Source: Dimorphilus gyrociliatus
Taxonomy: Eukaryota > Animalia > Annelida
Length of the DNA stretch: 64,000 nt
Assembly: GCA_904063045.1 (NCBI GenBank)
Contig: CAJFCJ010000007.1
Location: 4,161,404 to 4,225,403 of the forward strand
Direction: 5' to 3'
The notes under the pieces are model-generated. The model had not been told where the DNA came from. It worked only from the letters and a program-made list of their open reading frames with translations, and ran no database searches. Shown piece after piece: positions 58,590-64,000 of this stretch. The translations under genes were made by a program, and so were the position numbers. The stretch's first letter is position 1. The number at the start of each line of letters is the position of its first letter.

Positions 58590-61500
58590 ATGGAATTTCT
58601 TACTAAAGTATGCGTACATCTGATATATTTTGCATCCTTATACTTAACAATACTTGGACAACCAGGTAAATAGAAAGTCAATAGAAAACACTTTAAAATT
58701 CATAATATATATAGATATCAACTGTATTGGCTATTCGTTAAATGGAGAGAATGAAACTTACAATTGTCCGGATATTACAACCTCTGATAGAGGTAATCTT
58801 TTTAAATGTTTCGTTGAAAACGAAAATGAAAAAACTCCAAAATTGTCATGGTAATACAAGTACCTTTATTTATAATTTATTCACGTAAATTATTGATATT
58901 AGGTATAAAAGAGGCGATTTAATAAAGAAGATAACAGCCAATAAATCTTGCATACTTGATGAAGACTATACATTAACAACTAATTATTCATGTATTGTTG
59001 AATGGGCTAATGGGAAAACCCAACGTTTTGATATAAAAGGAATTGACATTAATATACCAAGTTTGGTTTTTCTTTAATTAAATACTTTTATTCTAAAACT
59101 TACTTATACGAATAGTTGGTTGGTGGACTAAACATATAAAACCCCCTATGAATGTTCTGCAAAAACTTTGCATTAGATCAGACCAAAAAAATAGTGTCAC
59201 TCTTAGAGGGGACGTTGAAAGTGCTCTTAAAGGTGATCCAGCTGAAGACTTTTCCTGGATATTAGCCGAAGCTCCTGGTAAAACCAGATTATTAACCTAT
59301 AATGACATAATATTCTCAAGTAAGAATTTATTTCATATCTTCCTAACAAGAATTTGTACTTTTATTACATTAATTCAAATAGATCAATCTTCCAAATATG
59401 CAATAGATAAGTTTTATAACTTGGTTATAAAAGATGTTGAACCATATGACGCAACGAAATATATATTTGATTTTAGACCAGTTTCACAATCATTATCAGC
59501 ATTTTTTGGTGTTGTTGAATCGGATCTTCTCTGCAACGGCCTCAGACGCAATTCTGTATATAATTCTTTCAGATGCCCTAACCTTTCGGTACCAGATAAT
59601 AAAGATGCTATTATCTCTTGTACGCTTAAATATACCTTTCTCTATAAACCAGTATTTTCATGGTATTATTCATTTACATAAATTTGCATACAATTTGAAT
59701 ACTATATAATTTTTATATCTAAATAATTAGGAAGAAAAATGGTGAAAATTTAAACACAGTTGAGCATTTGCACGAAGGTGAAGGACTACTTACATCTTGT
59801 ATTTTAGCTGAAAATTTAAAAGATGAAGATGAGTATGAATGCTCGGTACAAATACAAACTAGTTGAATCAGCTGAGATTTTTATAATTGTTTGTCCTTTT
59901 GTGGTATAGGTTGAATGGGGGCCTCCTACAGAGACTCCTCAATCAAGTCCGTTTTGCCAACCAACACAATTCTACTGCGTAGAAGCTCCAAATTCACCAG
60001 GCTATAAAGATGTTTGCAAAATCAAAGGCAGTCAAGTAACAACCAATGAACGACGTAAGATAAACAAGTTTTTTTTATAGAGATAATAACAAATATAGAA
60101 AATCGGCTATTTAACTAATTAATTATTAAAATTTATTCAGAACACTCCACTATCTTTTCAAAATTGGAAAATGTATTAGCAAAACCGGGTGATAATATTG
60201 TTCTAAAATGCGAAACCGGATCTAACAATTCTCCGAATAAATGGTATTTCTATGGCAATGGAACGAGTGTTCAAATTTCAAGTAGTTCTGATATATTGAA
60301 TGAATATAAAGATAAATATGATATTGAAGGAAATTTCAACTTGAAAATAAAATACATGACTCCTTCTGAAAGTGGAAGATACGAATGTGTATGGAACGTT
60401 GATGACTGTACACCTAGAGGATTACATGTTTATCTTGGCTTAGGTTAAATTAATAAATAGATTACTGTATAATGTATTTAAATTCTATTAGAGAAAATAT
60501 CTTTATTCACATAAATAGCCGATCAATCTTTATCTGATTCAACTCTTGTGAAAACTCAGTCTTCAACTGTTGTCATTGAATTTGTAAGTGAAAGAACAAT
60601 AAATATGTATATTTATATATCAGTGTAAAGTCTATTTATAGATGAAAGAGTCATATGATGATAAGGTAACAACGGAATTGAAAGGTTTTTTAAGTTGCCA
60701 ACTGAAGTATAAATATCTATGGCAACCAATGATTAAATGGTTAGTATCATAAAAAATTTGGCAAAAATGTATAATTTGATCTATTTGGTTTATTAGGTAT
60801 GAAGATGACGTTCTTATAGATATTGATTCGGTCACGGCTAAGACAGATGACTCAAATGAAGGCTATAGATCTTGTATACTTGTAAATTATAACATTAGCA
60901 AGACGTATAGATGCGATGTAAAGTGAAAATAAGTTTCATTACATTTTAACCTATTAACAGCGTAATAATTACAGATAGGATGGGAAGAACCTCCTCTCAA
61001 CTTAATATGTAATAGTACATTCAATCCTGATGATAGTTGTGTAGATGCAAATAACTCTCCTAACTACGCACAAGCAATAATCTTGAACATATCAAATACC
61101 AATAATATTTCAATAGTAACCGGTATTACAAAAATAATTATTTATTAATTAATAATCTTTAGATCATTAATTAAACTATTTAGAGGATGATATTGACAAG
61201 CTTTTAGAGAGTTGTAAAGTAGTGCCTCAAAATTGGACGTATCCCCCAATCATTATTGAACAGATTGAAAAAAGTATTATAAATCATTTAACTAATGAAT
61301 ATTAGTTGATACATTAATTTCTTTCAATATAGATGATAATAAAGCATTAATTATTGGTTTAACTGTAGCAGCTGGACTTATAGTAATAATATTGATAATA
61401 TTAATAGTAATTGCCTGCTGTAGGGAAAAGGATAATCGAAAGATAGCTACAGCCGAATCTAATAAAATTGATAAAATATCTGATGGTAAATTTAACTTAT

Positions 61501-61882
61501 TAATGATTTTTTAGCATATGATTTCTATCTTATATTCATTTCATTTGTTCATTTTCTATTTTCTGCTTTATTTGATTATTTATATAGTAAATTGATTACA
61601 GCAAATTTTAAGATTTATCAACCAGAAAGTTATTATGCAAATATGGTTGTTTATAAAGTGAGCTTTATAATTGAACACATTCTCAAAGGTGTTATTTTTC
61701 TTTTATACTTAATTACTAATTATTAATTATTATATAATCATCTACTTCATTTAGGTCCAGAGAAATTATTCATAATACAAAGACCAGCGTCGAACAATAT
61801 TTACAATTCTCACCGTAATTGCACCTCTACAGAAAATATAATTAAATTTGAAGATGTTGAAATTGGGATGCATGTTTCCTAG
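58590..61882 (+). CDS. Divergent multi-Ig-like type I membrane protein; exon structure approximate
   Basis: Repeated C..(W)..YxC modules (AKPGDNIVLKCETGSNNSPNKWYFY...SESGRYECVW; DEDEYEC; TYRCD); TM ALIIGLTVAAGLIVIILIILVIACC at ~61344-61420; tail ends DVEIGMHVS* at 61880-61882. Confidence 0.65.
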
Positions 61883-62440
61883 TGAACGAAATCATAATAA
61901 TCATAATAATAATATTGACTGCTGTGGTGATAGTAATATATTTATCTGTCCAACTATCATATAGAAAATATTAATGAACGTTTAGAATCCATTATAATTC
62001 CTTAATTTACAGAAAAGGAAACATGAAATTCCTCGATATAGGAAGGATTTCCCTCTGAAGAGAAAGGGAATAAAATATTAATAACAAGATAACAGAATCT
62101 ATACCATCATTGATTCTTCATTAATTACAATCAAAATGTTTAAGTTTTTCTCAAACTCTTCCTCTATTTCATACGTTATATTTTATAATAAACAGCATAT
62201 TTCTTATGAATATATTTGTAAATACACAGTGATTAATCTCGTTTAGCATAGATTTATATGTTGTTTTTTTAGTTATTACTATTTCAAAACTATAGTCAAG
62301 TTGCCAAAGGGTCAAAATATTACCGGTACACCTATTAATTGTAGTTTATCAGTCAATACTTAATATAGTAAAAGGTGAAGGTCAGTTTATTCTGAGAAAG
62401 TGTGTATAAGTTCAAATCTTAGAGTAGACCAATAGTAAGA

Positions 62441-62985
62441 ATGTCTCCCAGCGTTCTGTTAACACTATCGAACCCTGTGTTTGCAAAATTTGTATTCCAT
62501 GCTACGCTATGTCTAGCGAAGATGTTGAGTCTTGGAATATTGACATCTATAAAGAGGTCAGCAACGTTAGTGATGAGTAGTCCAGAGGATAGATCGTGGT
62601 CTTATTTTGTGGGTAAAACTCCTAAAGACGCTAAAATTATTCACAACGACGATAGAATTGAAAGAGTTAGAAGGTAAATCTTTGCTAATATTAATTGTTA
62701 CCATTTAGCTTATAATGTCTTTCTTATTTTTACAGAAATCACCTGAACGATGTCGAAAACATCTACTTGTTTGTCCTAATTGGCTTTTTTTACGTACTAA
62801 CTCAACCAGACCTTTCTACTGCTACGTGGCATTTTAGAATATTTACCATCTCTCGCTTTATTCACACACTCGTCTATCAATTAGCAGTTAAACAACCAGC
62901 GAGAGGTTCCGCATTTTTTGTAGGTGTTTTGGTAAATGTTTCTATGGCTTTTAGTATCTTGTTTAACGGAGCTTTGAGCTTTTGA
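62441..62985 (+). CDS. MGST1: Microsomal glutathione S-transferase (MAPEG family), 2 exons
   Basis: NPVFAKFVFHATLCLAKM, SSPED, DDRIERVRR|NHLNDVENI, HFRIFTISRFIHT, QPARGSAF. Confidence 0.93.
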
Positions 62986-63308
62986 TTTATTCGAATTCTA
63001 TACAAATTTTCCATAGTTAAACTTAACCAACTTTTCTGCATATTGAAATATAATTGACAAATAAAAGTCTTTAATACAAGTTTTTAATCAAATAAAATGT
63101 TATACTCTATTAATTGCGAAATATCTTGAAATCAGTTTGATAATTTAACAACAATTTTTATCTCATTCCCAGAAAACAGAGTTCTAAACAAATATACGGT
63201 GCTGCCATCTATATCGGACTACACAGGCAACTTAATATGCAAATAGGCTGCTCAGGTGCTCAGAGGAAAACAATTTATACTAAAGCAGTTAATTTTCAAA
63301 TGGAGGTT

Positions 63309-63450
63309 ATCTTCGCGCAGGAGCAATTCCGCCACCAGTGAAGTTATCTGAGGTGCGGATATTGCTAGTTGAAAACTATACCCAATTCCCCGCGATATTC
63401 GCTTGAAATATTAGTGAGTAATCGCAATTTTTGTCGGCTAGAAATAGCCA
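63309..63450 (+). ncRNA. RNU4: U4 spliceosomal snRNA
   Basis: 5' ATCTTCGCGCAG (U4/U6 stem II); k-turn stem-loop TCCGC-C-ACC-AGT-GA-AG-TTAT-CT-GA-GGT-GCGGA; TATTGCTAGTTGAAAACT (stem I); central hairpin GCGAT..ATCGC; Sm site AATTTTTG 63426-63433; terminal hairpin GGCTA-GAAA-TAGCC 63436-63449. Confidence 0.95.
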
Positions 63451-64000
63451 AATATCTAAATAATAAAGACGAGAGGGTCTAAATTGCCTGTGCTATTAGA
63501 TCTAAACAACGGGCACTTTTTCTTATATATACTATGTAAATAGTGTATATCATATTTTCCATAGAGCTCAAATACACTTAAATTCATTATCTATTACACA
63601 AACGGCTTTCAATTTTGATGATCTTTTTTTATCTTCCTTATTCTCATTGAATCATATCACTTGGAATATTCGTGCTACTCTTACTAATTGGGTCAACATA
63701 AAATAATGTTTGGTAGAGGGGTTTACTCCCTCACAACAGATTTGAATTTATTATAGAAGAGACTATGTCTAAATCTTTTACTCGTTAAAATTCAATATGT
63801 TGCTTGGTCTTTAAGTACTTTATATAAGAGACTTAGCAGATTAATTTGCTGCATCTATACTTTCTTGACTTTGAGGTCCTGGCTATTTTTTAGGTTTCTT
63901 ATGATTGAAACTGCAAACTATTTGCAACCATCAGAAGGGAGAAAGAAAAGCGTGAAATAAATGAAAATAGAATATTTGAGGTTGCAAGATGTAGGAGAAG

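Noticed and set aside
63713-63735. Hairpin GAGGGG-TTTAC-TCCCTC as a possible U7 or other snRNA end
   Set aside because: No Sm-type site or recognisable snRNA body upstream.

Overview
Gene-dense, AT-rich eukaryotic (animal) genomic DNA with short GT-AG introns, mostly about 50-90 nt. It fits a compact invertebrate genome; a lophotrochozoan such as an annelid is my inference and is not provable here. I can support about 19 protein-coding genes, manually spliced: ACIN1-like (partial, -), PRPF31, NME, ICE2 (-), SNRNP200/BRR2, a peripherin-like tetraspanin, CNOT10, a BCL-G-like gene (-), SENP1-like (-), CISD3, a CAP-mucin-EGF type I membrane protein, an RBCC TRIM, ZIP/SLC39A, TMEM145 (-), an uncharacterised gene (-), vasa, RPGRIP1L, a 4CL/luciferase-like acyl-CoA synthetase, an Ig-like membrane protein and MGST1. 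There is also a U4 snRNA gene that the ORF track cannot show. The main finding is in TMEM145, which has three separate clusters of tandemly duplicated, probably mutually exclusive exons (2 x 2 x 3 = up to 12 isoforms). Other notable points: U4 snRNA sits in the same window as its binder PRPF31, its unwinder BRR2, the snRNA transcription factor ICE2 and Acinus; a membrane-tethered CAP-mucin is built from symmetric micro-exons; and a 4CL-like enzyme appears retargeted from peroxisome to mitochondrion. I saw no transposon, CRISPR array, rRNA or tRNA. Gene boundaries come from reading the sequence by eye, so some splice sites are approximate.
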